The notes beneath the pieces were generated by a model. That model was not told where the DNA came from, did not search any database, and saw only the letters and a program-made list of their open reading frames with translations. The position numbers were made by a program, and so were the translations under genes. 64,000 nt of DNA, taken from assembly GCA_030390025.1 (NCBI GenBank), contig CM059431.1, positions 150,166,001 through 150,230,000 of the forward strand. The letters run 5' to 3'. Source of the stretch: Squalus acanthias (Eukaryota). Position 1 is the first letter of the stretch. The number at the start of each line of letters is the position of its first letter. This document shows positions 11,901 through 25,934 of the stretch, piece by piece.

Positions 11901-13285
11901 AGGGGAAGTCATGTCTGACAAATTTGCTTGAGTTCTTTGAGGACATAACGTACAGGGTGGATAAAGGGGAACCAGTGGGCGTAGTGTATTTAGACTTCCA
12001 GAAGGCATTCGACAAGGTGCCACATAAAAGATTATTGCTCAAGATAAAAAATCTCTGGATTGGGGGTAATATTCTGGCATGGGTAGAGGATTGCTAATCT
12101 AACAGGAAGCAGAGAGTTGGGATAAATGGTTCATTCTCGGACGGGCAACCAGTAGCCAGTGGTGTTCCCTAGGGGTCGGTGCTTGCTCCCCAACTCTTTA
12201 CAATCTATATTAACGAGTTGGAGGAGGGGACAGAGTGTAACATATCAAAGTTTGCAGATGATACAAAGATGGGAGGGAAAGTAGAAAGTGAGGAGGACGT
12301 AAAAAACCTACAAGGGGATATAGACATGCTGGGTGAGTGGGCGGAGATATGGCAGATGCAACACAATATTGGAAAATGTGAGGTTATGCACTTTGGCAGG
12401 AAAAATCAGTGAGCAAGGTATTATCTTAATGGCGAGAAACTGGGAAGTACTGCATTACAAAGGTATCTGGGGGTCCTAGTGCAAGAAAATCAAAAAGTTA
12501 GTATGCAGGTGCAGCAGGTGATCAAGAAGGCCAACGGAATGTTGGCTTTTCTTGCTAGGGGGATAGATTATAAAAACAGGGAGGTATTGCTGCAGTTATA
12601 TAAGGTATTGGTGAGACCGCACCTGGAATACTGCATACAGTTTTGGTGTCCATACTTCAGAAAAGACATACTTGTTCTCGAGGCAGTTCAAAGAAGGTTC
12701 ACTCGGTTAATCCCGGGGATGAGGGGGTGGACATATGAGGAGAGGTTGAGAAGATTGGGACTCTACTAATTGGAGTTCAGAAGAATGAGAGGCGATCTTA
12801 TTGAAACCTATAAGATTGTGAAGGGGCTTGATCGGGTGGATGCAGTAAGGATGTTCCCAAGGATGGGTGAAACTAGAACTATGGGGCATAATCTTAGAAT
12901 TAGGGGCTGCTCTTTCAAAACTGAGATGAGGAGAAACTTCTTCACTCAGAGGGCAGTAGGTCTGTGGAATTTGCTGCCCCAGGAAGCTGTGGAAGCTACA
13001 TCATTAAATAAATTTAAAACAGAAATAGACAGTTTCCTGGAAGTAAAGGAAATTAGGGGTTATGGGGAGCGGGCAGGAAGTTGGACATGAGGCTGAGTTC
13101 GGATCGGTCAAGGCCCTGTGGGTATCGGAGCGGGCTCAGGGGCTGAGTGGCCGGATCCTGCTCCTACATCTTGTGTTCTTTAGATTTGAGCTTAGGATCA
13201 GATCAGCCATGATCTTATTGAATGGCAGAGCAGGCTCGAGGGGCCGATTGGCCTACTCCTGCCACTATTTGTTATTTTCTTATGT
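8696..13285 (+). mobile_element. near full-length CR1 LINE (defective), nested in the RTE element
   Basis: ORF1 zinc finger (CSSC..HVCGK) + SGNH esterase (VIGDSILRG..LPGARVKD) 9227-10156; ORF2 APE (IIMGDFK, DHN) + RT (YLDFQKAFDKVPH, KFADD) ~10280-13090 with stops and frameshifts; CR1 3' tail. Confidence 0.95.
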
Positions 13286-13286
13286 T

Positions 13287-16020
13287 AAATCCTCCTTGGC
13301 GACTTTAACGCCAGAGTTGGAAAGGACACAGTCCTCTCGGGAAGTGTGATCAGCAGAGAAGGTGTAGGGAATGCCTCCTCCTGACGAAATGATGAGAACA
13401 TGGCTTTGTCATAAACAACAACTTGTTCCCTCAGAGAGAGAAGTGCAAGGCTTCATGGCAGCAACCTCGCTCCAAGCATTGGCATCTGCTGGACTACGTC
13501 ATCGTCCGAGCGAGCGACTGCAAGTTTGTCCGCATTACCTGCGCCATGGCAGGAATTGAAGACTGCTGGACAGACAAACAACTAATCCACTCTGTCATCT
13601 CCAACAATGTAGCGCCAAAAAAGCGGCTGCAACTGAAACAATGCCGCAGGAAAATTAGCACTGGAGCACTCTAAAGACCCCGTTAAAAAAGCCCTATTCA
13701 GACTGCGACTCACAAACAATATTGATGACTCCCAGTGATGCAGAGACACAGAGTGTCCACAGCGCCTGGGCTGCACTCAAGGCCTCCATAATCAGCACCT
13801 GTGAAGAGACTCTCGTCGCTCGACCAGGAAACACACAGACTGGTTCGACGAGGACGACCAGGATATCCAGGAGCTAAAACATCGCAAGTGCAAGGCATTC
13901 CTGAACTGGAAACAGCAACACAACTCGAGAGCAAGAAAGCAGCTCTACAAACGCCTGCATGCCGAGGTCCAACAAAAAACTCGCGACCTACAGAACAGAT
14001 CGTGGGTGGAGTAAGCACAGGAGATCCAGCAGCTAGCCGACAACCACGACATGCGTGGATTCTTTAGCGCAGTCAAGAGCATCGACGGCCCAATTACCCA
14101 AGGTCCTACCCCACTGCGGGCCAAGAACGGAGAGATGCTCATCAAGGACAGAGAGGCAGTCAGTGCCCGCTGAAAGGAGCACTTCGAAGGTCTCCTTAAC
14201 AAAGACTCTGTCTTCGACGTGAGTGTCCTCAACTCCATCCTGCAGCATGCTACCCGCCACCACCTCAGCACAACAACATGATGTAGAAAAGGCCACACGA
14301 CAACTGAAGAACAACAAGGCCTCAGGAGCAGATGGAATTCTCGCAGAGGCGCTAAAACAAAGCGGAGAAGCACTATTGGCATGAATACGTGAACTCATTT
14401 CTCTTATTTGGAAGGAGGAGAGCATGCCGGGTGATCTCAGAGATGTGGTAATCATGACCATCTTCAAGAAAGTTGACAATTCCTATTGCCGTAATTACAG
14501 AGGAGTCTCCCTGATGTCTGCCACAGGTAAACTGATCGCAAGAATCCTCCTCAATCGCCTTTTCCCAGTGACTGAAGTGATCCTCCCAGAGTCGCAAAGC
14601 GGATTCCGTCCACTGAGGGGCACAATAGACATGATAATCATCGTGCGTCAACTGCAAGAGAAAGGCAGGGAACAGAACCAACCCCTGTACATGGCTTTCT
14701 TTGACCTCAAAATCGCCTTTGACATCGTCAACCATGAGGGATTATTGACTGTCCTCCTCAAATTCGGCTGCCGTCAAATGTTTATCACCAACCTCCGCCT
14801 GCTCTGCGCCGACATGCAAGCTGTGATCCTGACCAACAGATCAACCCCAAACACAATTCGCGCACGGACCGGGGTCAAGCAAGGCTGTGTCATCAAACCA
14901 AAGCTCTTCTCGATCTTCCTTGCTGCAATGTCCATCTCACCCTCAGTAAACTCCCTGCTGAAGTGGAACTAATCTACAGAACAAACGGAACACTGTTCAA
15001 CCTCTGTCGCCTCCAGTCCGGATCCAAGGACGTCCTATCCACTTTCATCGAATTACAGAATGCAGACGACGCTTGCGTCTGCTCACACTCTGAGGCCGAA
15101 CTGCAATCCAAATTCAACACATTCACCGAAGCGTACGAGTGCATGGGCCTTACACTAAACATCCGTAAGACAAAGGTCCTCCTCCAACCTGCCCCCGCCA
15201 CACAGTACTGCCCCCCGAATATCAAAATCCACGACAAGGCCTTGGACAACCTGGACCAATTTCCATACCTCGGGAGCCTACTGTCAACAAGGACAGACGT
15301 CGATGACGGAGTCCAACACCACCTTCCGTGTGCCAATGCAGCCATTGGACGCCTGAGGAAAAGAGTGTTTGAAGACCAGGACCTCAAATCCGGCACTAAT
15401 GTCATGGTTTACAGAACCTCTCCTGTATGCTTCAGAGACATTTACCATGTACAGCAGGCACTTCAAATCACTGGAGAGGTACCAACAACGCTGTCTCTGC
15501 AAGGTCCTGCCAATCCAAAGAAGCCCCGACGTCAGTATTTTCACTCAGGCCCACATCCCTAGCAACGAAGCTCTGACCACGCTCGATCAGCTCCGATTGA
15601 CGAGTCACATCGTCCGCATGCTTGATACTAGACTCCCAAATCATGCGCTCTACTCGGAGCTCCGACACGGCAAGAGAGTCCCAGGTGGGCAGAGTACACG
15701 CTTGAAGGACACCCTCAAAACCTCCATGAAAAAATGCAACATCCCCACCGACACCTGGGAATCCCTGGCCCAAGACCGCACAGAATGCAGGAGAAGCATC
15801 CGGGAATGCGCCGAACCACTCAAATCTCTTAGGCAGGAGCAAGCGGAAGCCAAGCGCAAACAGGAAAATGAGCGCACCTCAACCACCCGCCCCTTCAAGC
15901 ACGGTCTGCCCAACCTATGACAGAGACTGTAGGTCACGCATTAGACTCATCAGTCACCTGATAACTTATTTTTAGTTTGGAAGCAAGTCAAACTCGAATT
16001 CGAGGGACTACCTAAGAGAT
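13287..16020 (+). mobile_element. RTE-clade LINE, 3' part (endonuclease C-terminus, RT), defective
   Basis: LLGDFNARVG, HWHLLDYVIVR, NYRGVSLMS..GK, AFFDLKIAFDIVN, GVKQGCV, LQNADDA, GLTLNIRKTKV. Confidence 0.93.
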
Positions 16021-16024
16021 AATA

Positions 16025-16120
16025 GCGTCTAGCATTTGCCCTACTGCTGATATAAGGCTAACTGATCTGTAGTTCCACGTTTTCTCTCTCCCTCCTTTCT
16101 TAAATAGTGGGGTTACATTT
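16025..16120 (-). mobile_element. short CR1 RT fragment
   Basis: reverse strand encodes an NVTPLFKKGGR..NYR.VSL-type segment. Confidence 0.6.
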
Positions 16121-16124
16121 CCTG

Positions 16125-16778
16125 ACTCTCTCTCGGACCGAGGGGTAAATGGACAATGATCAGGAGCAGGAACCCTGGCTAATCGCACCTCTCTCTAAAC
16201 CAGGGGTCACTGGACAGGGCTCAGTAGCAGGAACTATGGCTCAACCACAAGCTCTCAAACCCAGGGCTCACTGAAAAGTGACCAGGAGCAGGAACACTGG
16301 CTCAGTCCCACCCTCCCAAACCCAGGCGTCACTGGAAAGTGATCAGGAGCAAGAACCCTGTCTGATTTCAACTTTCAATAAACCAGGGCCCAGTGGACAG
16401 TGATCAGTTTCAGTAATCCTGGCTGATTTCGACACTCTATTTACCAGGTGTCACTGGACAGTGATTAGGAGCAAGAAACCTGGCGGAATTCTACTCTCTA
16501 TAAACCAATGCTCACTGGACAATGATCAGGCGCAGGAACTATGGCTTGTTTCACTTCAATCTGAACCAGGGCTCACTGGACAATGATCAGGCGCATGAAC
16601 CATGGCTTGTTTCACCTCTATCTCAACCATGGGTCACTGGACAATGATCAGGCGCAGGAAGCATGGCATGTTTCACCTCTGTCTAAACCAGGGCTCACTG
16701 GACAATGATCAGGCGCAGGAACCATGGCTTGTTTCACCTCTATCTAAACCAGGGCTAACTGGACAATGATCAGGGGCA
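16125..16778 (+). repeat. 61-bp tandem array (~11 units)
   Basis: CCA(G/T)GG(C/G)TCACTGGACAATGATCAGG-type units start at 16566, 16627, 16688, 16749; more diverged upstream. Confidence 0.9.
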
Positions 16779-19700
16779 GAAACATAGAAACATAGAAACA
16801 TAGAAGATAGGAGCAGGAGCAGGCCATTCAGCCCCTCGAGCCTGCTCCGTCATTCAATGAGATCATGGCTGATCATCCAAATTCAGTACCCTGTCCCTGC
16901 CTTCTCACCATATCCCTTGATCCCTTTAGATTTAAGAAATATATCTAACTCCTTCTTAAATATATTTAATGAATTGGCCTCTACTGCCTTCTGTGGTAGA
17001 GAATTCCACAGGTTCATCACTCTCTGGGTGAAGAAATTCCTCCTCATCTCAGTCCTAAATGGCTTACCCCTTATCTTTAGACTGTGACCCCTGGTTCTGG
17101 ACTCCCCGGTTATCGGGAACATCATTCCTGCATCTAGTCTGTCTAGTCCTGTTAGAATTTTATAAGTTTCAAGGAGATCCCCTCTCATTCTTCAAAACTC
17201 CAGCGAGTATAAGCCCAATCGACCCAATATCTCCTCATACGTTATTCCTGCCATCCCAGGTATCAGCCTGGTGAATCTTCGCTGCACTCCCTCCATGGCA
17301 AGAACATCCTTCCTCGGAAAAGGCGACCAAAACTGCACACAATACTCAAGATGTGGTCTCACCAAGGCCCTGTACAACTGCTGCAAGGCATCCTTGTTCC
17401 TGTACTCGAACCCTTTCGCTACGAAGATCAACATAACATTTGCCTTCTTAACCGCCTGCTGCACCTGCATGCTTACCTTCAGCCACTGATGCACAAGGAC
17501 ACCCAGGTCTCGTTGCACTCCCCCTTCTCTCAATCTATTGCCATTCAGATAATAATCTGCCTTCCTGTTTTTGACACCAAAGTGGATAACCTCGCATTTA
17601 TCCACATTATATTGCATCTGCCATGCTGCTGCCCAATCACCCAACTTGTCCAAATCATACTGGTGTTTCTCGGCATCCTACTAACGGCTCACTCTCCCAC
17701 CCAACTTTGTCTCGTCTGCAAACTTGGAGATATTACATCCAATTCCCTCGTCTAGTTCATTAATATATATTGTGAAACGCTGGGGTCGTAGGAGCGATCA
17801 CTGCGGTACCCCACTAGTCACTGCCTGCTACTCGGAAAAATACCCTTTTATTCCAACTCTTTGCTTTCTGTCTGCCAAAAAGTTCTCTATTCAAGTCAAT
17901 ACCTTGCCCCAAACACATGTGCCTTAACTTTACACGCTAATTTCTTATGCGGGACCTTATCGAAAGCTTTCTGAAAGACCAAATACTCCACATCCACTGG
18001 TTCTCCCTTATCTATTTTAACAGCTACATCCTCAAAAAATTACAGCAGATTAGTGAAGCACCATTTACCTTTTGTAAATCCTTGTTGACTTTGTCCGATC
18101 CTGTCACTGTTTTCCAAGTGCTCTGCTATTACATCTCTTATAATGATCGCTAACATTTTCCCCACTACAAATGTCAGGCTTACCGGTTTATAAATCACCG
18201 TTTTCTCTCGACGACCTTTTTTGAATAGTGGGGTAACATTAGCTACCCTCCAATCCATGGGCACTGTTCCAGAGTCTATAGAATTTTGGAAGATGAGCAG
18301 CAATGCATCTACTATTTCTAGGTACCTTAGGATGTAGATTATCAGGCCCTGGGGATTTATCGGCCTTCAAACCTGTCAATTTCCCGAACACTATTTCCCT
18401 ACAAATACTGATTTCTTTCAGTTCCTCCCTCTCATTAGATCCTATGTTCCCCGACATCTCTGGGAGGTTATTTGTGTCCTCCTTTTTGAAGACAGAACCA
18501 AAATATGTATTTCATTGATCCGCCATTTCTTTGCTCCCCATTATAAATTCCCCTGATTCTGACTGCAAGGGACCTACGCTTGACTTCACCAATTTTTTTC
18601 TCTTCTCAAATCTATAAAAAACTTTTCCAGTCAGTTTTTATGTTCCATGCAAGCTTACTCTCATACTCTATTTTCCCCCTCTTAATTAATCCCTTTGTCC
18701 TTCGTTGCTGAATCCTATACTGTTCCCAATACTCAGGTTTGCTGCTTTTTCTGGCCAATGTATATGTTCTTTCCTTGGCTCTTATGCTATCCCTAATTTC
18801 CCTTGTTTGCCACGGTTGAGTCACCTTTTTTATGCCAAACTGGGATGAACAAATTCTGTAGTTTATTCATGCGATCTTTGAATGTTTGCCATTGCCTATC
18901 CACCGTCAACCCTTTGAGTAACATTCCGCAATCAATCCTACCCAACTCGCGCCTCATACCATCGTAGTTTCCTTTATTTAAATTCAGGACTCTAGGCTCT
19001 GATTCAACTACATCACTCTCCATCTTAATGAAGAATTCTATCATATTATGATCGCTCCAATCCAAGGGGCCGTGCACAAAAAGATTGCTAATTAATGCTT
19101 TCTCATTACATAATACCCAGTCTAAGATGGCCTGATCTCTAGTTGGTTCCTCGACATTTTGATCCAGGAAACCATCCCGTATACACTCCAGGAATTCCTC
19201 CTCGACAGTATTGTTACTAATTTGGTTAGCCCAAACTATAGGTAGATTAAAGTCGCCCATGATAACTGCTGTGCTCTTATTGCACGCTTCTCTAATTTCC
19301 CTTTTAATGCCATCCCCAACCTCCGTATTAATGTTTGGGGGTCTGTACTCCACCAGCATTTTCTGCCCCTTGGTATTTCTTAGTTCTACCCATACAGATT
19401 CCACATCATCAGAGCTAATATCCTTCCTTAATATTGAGTTAAGCTCCTCTTTAACCAGCAATGCTACCCCACCTCCTTTTCCTTTTTGTCTGTTCTTCCT
19501 GAATATTGAATACTCCTGGATGTTGAATTCCGAGCCTTGGTCACCCTGGAGCCATGTCTCCGTCATCCCAATTATATCATATCTATTTACATCTAGTTGC
19601 GCAGCTAATTCATCCACCTTATTACGAATGCTCCTCGCATTAAGACACAACACCTTCAGGCTTTTTTTTTAACACTCTTAGTACTTTTAGAATTATTATT

Positions 19701-20782
19701 TACTGTAGCCCTCTTTGATTTACACCCCTGATTTCTCTGCCTTCCACTTTTGCTTTTCTCCTTCCTGTCGTCTGCTTCTATCCTTGCTACCCTTTCCTCT
19801 TCTCCGTGCACAGGTGCCCAACCCCCTGGCATTTTAGTTTAAACCCTCCCCAACAGCACTAACAAACACTCCCAATAGGAGATCGATCCCGGTCCTGCCC
19901 AGGTGCAAACCCTCCAGTTTGTACTGGTCCCACCACCCCCGAACCGGTTCCAATGTCCCAGGAATTTTAATCCCGCACCCTTGCACCATTCCTCTAGCCA
20001 GGTATTCATCTGAAATATCCTTCTATTTCTACTCTGACTAGCACGTGGCACCGGTAGCAATCCTGATATTACTACCTTTGAGGTCCTATTTTTTAATTTA
20101 CCTCCTAACTCCCTATATTCAGCTTTTAGGACCTCATCCCGTTTTTTCCCTAAAGCGTTGGTGCCTATATGCACCAGGACAACTGGCTGTTCACCCTCCC
20201 CCTCCAGAATGCCCTGGAGCCGCTCCGAGACATCCTTGACCCTTGCACCAGCGAGGCAACATACCATCCTGGAGTCTCGTTTGCAGACGCAGAAAAGTGT
20301 ATCTATTCCCCTTACAATATGATCCCCTATCGCTATAGCTCTCCGGGTTTTTTTCCTCCCGTCCTGTGCAGCAGAACCACCCATGGTGCCAGCAATTTGG
20401 TTGGTGCTGCCTTCGCCCGATAAGCCATCTCCCTCAACAATATCCAAAGTGTGAGAAGTCGCACAACGCCAGGTTATAGTCCAAGAGCTTTATTTGAAAT
20501 CACAAGCTTACGGAGCGCTGCTCCTTCGTCAGGTGAAGTGATACATCCAAAGTGGTATATCTGTTTGAGAGGGGGATGTCCACAGGGGACCCCTGCACTA
20601 CCTGCCTGCGCCTACTACTCTGCCTGGTGGTCACCCATTCCCTTCCTGCCTGTGCAGCCTTTACCTGCGGTTTGCACAACACCCTATCGCGAATGCTCCA
20701 GTATGCATCCATTCGCAGCTTCCAGTGCTGCAATGCGGTCTGCTAGTAGATGCAGCTGGATACACTTCCCGCACACATGGTC
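16779..20782 (-). mobile_element. CR1 LINE, 5'-truncated within the ORF1 zinc finger, defective
   Basis: (AGAAACAT)n tail at 16779-16805; ORF2 pieces 16883-19653 (LCLNARSIRNK, AVIMGDFN, RPHLEYCVQFW); ORF1 esterase 19839-20447. Confidence 0.95.
20452..20544 (-). mobile_element. short Penelope-like 3'-end insertion inside CR1 ORF1; hammerhead core mutated (GAAA to GTAA)
   Basis: TSD ATCCAAAGTG at 20442-20451 and 20545-20554; homologous to the 3' end of the GIY-YIG element at 35810-35900. Confidence 0.85.
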
Positions 20783-20784
20783 AA

Positions 20785-23116
20785 CAGACTCTCTCTTTAA
20801 AAAGGCCCCTTGATAGAAAGACTCCCTCTTTAATAAGGTCCCTGATGGTAAGACTCCAACTTTAAAATGTTCCCTGATGGTGAGACTCCTTGTTTAAAAG
20901 GGGTCCCTGATGGTGAGAATCTATCTTTAAATGGTGTGACTAATAGGAAGATTATCTTTAAAATGTATCCCTGATTTAAAAAAAAAACTCTCTCTTTAAA
21001 AGGGGCCCTTGATAGAAAGACTCCCTCTTTAAAAGTGGTCCCTGATGGTGAGACTCCAACTTTAAAATGGTTCCCTGATGGAGACACGTCCTCTTTAAAA
21101 GGGGTCCCTGGTGGAGAGACTCTATCATTAAAATACCTGAAGGGGATACTCCCTCTTTAAAAAGTCCCCTGATGTTGAGATTTACTCTTTAAAAGGTGTT
21201 CCTGATGCTGAAACACCCTCTGTAAAAGGGGTCCCTGATGGTGAGAGTCCCTCTTTAACAGGGGTCCCTAATGGAAAGATTTCCTCTTTAAAAGGGGACC
21301 TTGCTAGAAATACTTTCTCTTTAAAAGGGGTACCTGATAGAAAGACTCTTTCTTTAAAAGTGGTCCCTTATAGATAGACTCCCTCTTTAAAAAGAGTCCC
21401 TGATGCTGAATCACACTTTTTAAAAGGGGACCCCGATGGTGAGCCTCTTTAAAAGGGTTCCCTAATGTTGATACTCCCTCTTTAAAAGTGAACTCTGGTG
21501 GAGAGACTCTCTCATTAAAAGTGGTCTCTGATGGGGAAACACCCTCTTTAAAATGTGTCCCTTATGGAGACACTCCCACTTTAACAGGGGTCCCTGATGG
21601 TGTGTCGTGCTCTTTAAATGGTGTCACTAATAGGAAGATTATCCTGAAAAGGGGCCCTTGATAGAAAGAATCACCCTTTTAAATGGGTCCCCGAGGGTGA
21701 GACTCCCTCTTTAAAAATGCTCCCTGATGGAAAGACACTCGTTAAAAGGTGTCCCTGATGGGGAGACTCCCTCTTTAAAAGGTGTCCCTGATGGGGAGAC
21801 TCCCACTTTAAAAGGGGTCCCTGATGGTGAGATTCCAACTTTAAAACGGATCCCTGAGTGTGAGCCTTTCTCTTTAAAAGGGATCCCTGATGGTGAGTCG
21901 TACTCATTAAAATGGTTACTGATTGTACGACTCTCGTTGAAAGGCATCCCTGATCGAAATACTCCCTCTTTAAAACGGTCTCTGATGGTGAGACTCTCAC
22001 TTTAAATGAGATACCTGATCGTGAGATTTCCTCTTTAAAAGGGATCTCTAATCGGGAGACCTTCTCTTTAAAAGGGATCCCACATGGTGACTGCCTCTTT
22101 AAAAGGGATCCCAGATGGTGAGACTCAATCTTTAAAGGGGATCACTGATGTTGAGATTCCCACTTTAAAACGGGCCCCTGATGGTGAAACTTCCTTTTAA
22201 AAGTGTTCCCTAATGGTGAGACACTCTCTTTAAAACGAATCCCTGAGAGGAAGACTCCCTCTTTATAAGGGGAACACTGATGGTGAGACTCCCCCTTTAA
22301 AAGGGTTCGCTGATGACGAGAATCTATCTTTAAAATGTGTCCCTAATAGGACGAATCTCTTTAAAAGGTGTCCTTGATAGAAAGACTCCCTCTTTAAAAG
22401 GGATCCTTGATGGAAAGTCTTTCCCATTAAAGTGGTCCCTGATGGTCAGACTCTCTCTTTAAAATGGGTCCCTGATGTTGAGACTCCCTCTTTAATAGGA
22501 GTCCCTGATGCTGAAACACCATCTTTTAAAGGGGTCCCGAATGGGGAGACTCTCTCTTTAAAAGGGTTCGAATAGAAAGACTCCCTCTTTAAAAAGTGTT
22601 TCTGATGGTGAGACTCTCTCCTTAAAAGGGTTCCCTGATGATGAGAATCCCTCTTTAAACGGTGTCCCTGATGGTGAGATTCCCTCTTTAAAAGGGTCCC
22701 CTTATGTTGAGACTCCCTCTATAAATGGTGCCCCTGATGGTGAGACTCCCTCTTTAATATGGGACACTGACGTTGAGACCCTTGTTAAAAAGTGTCCCTG
22801 ATGGGGTGACTCCCTCTTTAAAAGGTGTCCCTGATGTTGCCAATCCCTCTTCAAAAGGGTCCCTTGATGGTGAGGCTCTCTCTTTAAAATATGTCCCTGA
22901 TGGTGAGACACCCGCTTTAAAAGTGGTCCCAGATGGTGAGACTCTCTCTTTAAAATGGGTCCCTGATGGAGAGACTCTCTTTAAAAGCGGTCACTGATGC
23001 TGAAACTCCCTCTTTATAAAGGGTCCCTGATGGTGAGACTCCCCCTTTAAAAGGTGTCGCTGGAGGAGAGATTCTCTCATTAACAGGGGTCCCTGACAGG
23101 GATACTCACTCTTTAA
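20785..23116 (+). repeat. 33-bp satellite (CTCTTTAAAAGGGGTCCCTGATGGTGAGACTCC)n, left block
   Basis: unit read directly; SLKGVPDGETP 11-aa periodicity in spurious ORFs. Confidence 0.95.
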
Positions 23117-25930
23117 TGATATAATTGGGATTACGGAGACATGGCTCCAGGGTGACCAAGGCTGGGAATTCAACATCCAGGTGTATTCAATATTCAGGAA
23201 GGACAGGCAAAAAGGAAAAGGAGGCGGGGTAGCTTTACTGGTTAAAGAGGAGATTAACACAATGGTAAGGAACGATATTAGCTCTGGCGATGTGGAATCT
23301 GTATGGGTAGAGCTGATAAATGCCAATGGGCAGGAAACGTTAGTGGGAGTTGGACACAGAACGCCAAACAGTAATGCTGTGGTTGGGGATAGCATTAAAC
23401 GGGAAATTAGAGACGCGTGCAATAACGGCACAGCAGTTATCATGGCTGACTTCAATCTACATATAGATTGGGCTAATCAAATTAGTAACAATACTGTGGA
23501 GGAGGAATTCCTAGAGTGTATACGGGATGGTTTACTGGACCAATATGTCGAGGAACCAACCAGAGATCCGGCCATCTTAGACTGGGTATTATGTAATGAG
23601 AAAGGATTAATTAGCAATCTTGTTGTAATAGGCCCTTAGGGAGGAGCAATCATAATATGATAGAATTCTTCATTTAGATGGAGAATGAAGTAGTTGACTC
23701 AGAGACAAGGGTCCTGCATTTAAATAAAATAAACTACGGTGGTATGAGGCGCGAGTTGGCTAGGATGGATTGGGCAACGTTACTTAAAGGGTTGACGGTG
23801 GATAGGAAATGGCAAACATTTAAAGATCGCATGTATGAACTACAGAATTTGTTCATCCCTGTTTGTCATAAAAATAAAACAAGAATGGTGACTCAAGAGT
23901 GGCTAACAAGGGAAATTATGAATAGCATAAGATCCAAGGAGAGACAATATAAATTGGCCAGTAAAAGCAGCAAATCTGAGGATTGGGAGCAGTTTAGGAT
24001 TCAGCAAAGGAGGACAAAGGGCTTAATTAAGAGGGGGAAAATAGAGTATGAGAAAAAGCTTGCATGGAACATAAAACCTGACTGGAAATGCTTCTATAGA
24101 TATGTGAGGAGAAAAAGATTGATGAATTCAAGCATAGGTCCCTTGCAGTCAGAATCTGGTGAATTTATAATGGGGAACAAAGAAATGGCAGAGCATTTAA
24201 ATACATACTTTGGTTCTGTCTTCTCAAAGGAGGACACAAATAACCTCCCAGAGATGTCGGGGAACATATGGTCTAATGAGAGGGAGGAACTGAATGAAAT
24301 CAGTAGTTTTAGGGAATTGGTATTCAGGAAATTAATGGGATTGAAGGCCGATAAATACCCAAGGCCTGATAATGTAAATCCTAGGGTACTTAAGTAAGTG
24401 GCCCTAGAAATAGTAGATGCATTGCACGTCATCTTCCATAACTCTATCGAATCTGGAACAGTTCCCATGGATTGGAGGGCTGCTAATGCAAACGCCCTAT
24501 TTAAAAAAGATGGTAGAGAGAGAACGGGGAATTGTAGTCCGGTAAGCATGCCATCGGTAGTGGGAAAAATGCTGGAGTCCATTATAAAAGATGCAATAGC
24601 AGAGCACTTGGAAAACAGTGACATGATCGGTCAAAGTCAACATGGATTTACAACAGATAAATCATGCTTGGCTAATCTACTGGAATTTTTTGAGGATGTA
24701 ACTGGTAGAATAGATAAGGGAGAACCAGTGGATGTGGTGTATTTGGACTTTCAGAAAGCTTTCGATAAGCTCCCGCATAAGAGATAAGCGTGCAAAGTTA
24801 AAGCACATGGGATTGGGGGTAACGTTCTGACTTGGATAGAAAAATCTTTGGCAGACAGGAAGCAAAGAGTTGGAATAAACTGGTATTTTTCCGAGTGGCA
24901 GGCAGCGACTAGTGGCGTACCGCAGGGATCGGTGCTCGGACCCCAGTTATTCACAATATATATTAATAATCTGGACGAGGGAACTAGATGTAATATCTCC
25001 AAGTCTGCAGATTACTTAAAGCTGGGTGGGCATGTGTGCTGTGAGGAGGATGCAGAGAAATTCCAGTATGATTTAGAAAAGTTGCGTGATTGGGCAGATG
25101 CATGGCAGATGCAGTATAATGTGGATAAATGCGAGGTTATCCACTTTGGTGTCAAAAACAGGAAGGCAGATTATTATCTGAACGGCAATAGATTGGGAAA
25201 AGGGGAAGTGCAACGAGACCTGGGAGTCCTTGTGTACCAGTCGTTGAAGGTAAGCATGCAGGTGCAGCAGGCGGTTAAGAAGGCAAATGGTATGTTGGCC
25301 TTCATAGCGAGAGGATTCGAGCACAGGAGCAAGGATGTCTTGCTGCTATTGTACAGGGCCTTGGTCAAACCACACCATGAGTATTGTGTGCAGTATTGGT
25401 CGCCTTATCTGAGGAAGGATGTTCTTGCCATGGAGGGAGTGCAGCGAAGATTCAAAAGGTTGATACGTGGGAAGGCAGGAATGATGTATGAAGAGAGATT
25501 GGGTCGATTGGGCTTGTATTCGCAAGAGTTTAGAAGAATGAGAGGGGATCTCAGTGAAACTTATAAAATTCTAACAGGACTAGACAGACTAGATGCAGGA
25601 AGGATGTTCCCGATGGCGGGGGTGTCCAGAACCAGGGGTCACAGTCTAAAGATAAGGGGTAAGCCATTTAGGACTGAGATGAGGAGTAATTTCTTCACTC
25701 AGAGAGTGGTGAACCTGTGGAATTCTCTAACGCAGAAGACAGTTGAGTACAATTCATTAAATATATTCAGAAGGTGTTAGATATATTTCTTAAGGCTAAG
25801 GGTATCAAGGGATATGGGGAGAAAGCAGGGGCAGGGTACTGAACTTGGATGATCAGCCATGATCGCATTGAATGGCAGAGCAGGCTCGAGGGGCCGAATG
25901 GCTCCTATCTTCCATGTTTCTATGTTTCTA
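23117..25930 (+). mobile_element. 5'-truncated CR1 ORF2 inserted in the satellite
   Basis: DIIGITETWL through RT to a (ATGTTTCT)-type tail; in-frame stops; looks like the same subfamily as 16779-20782. Confidence 0.95.
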
Positions 25931-25934
25931 AATG

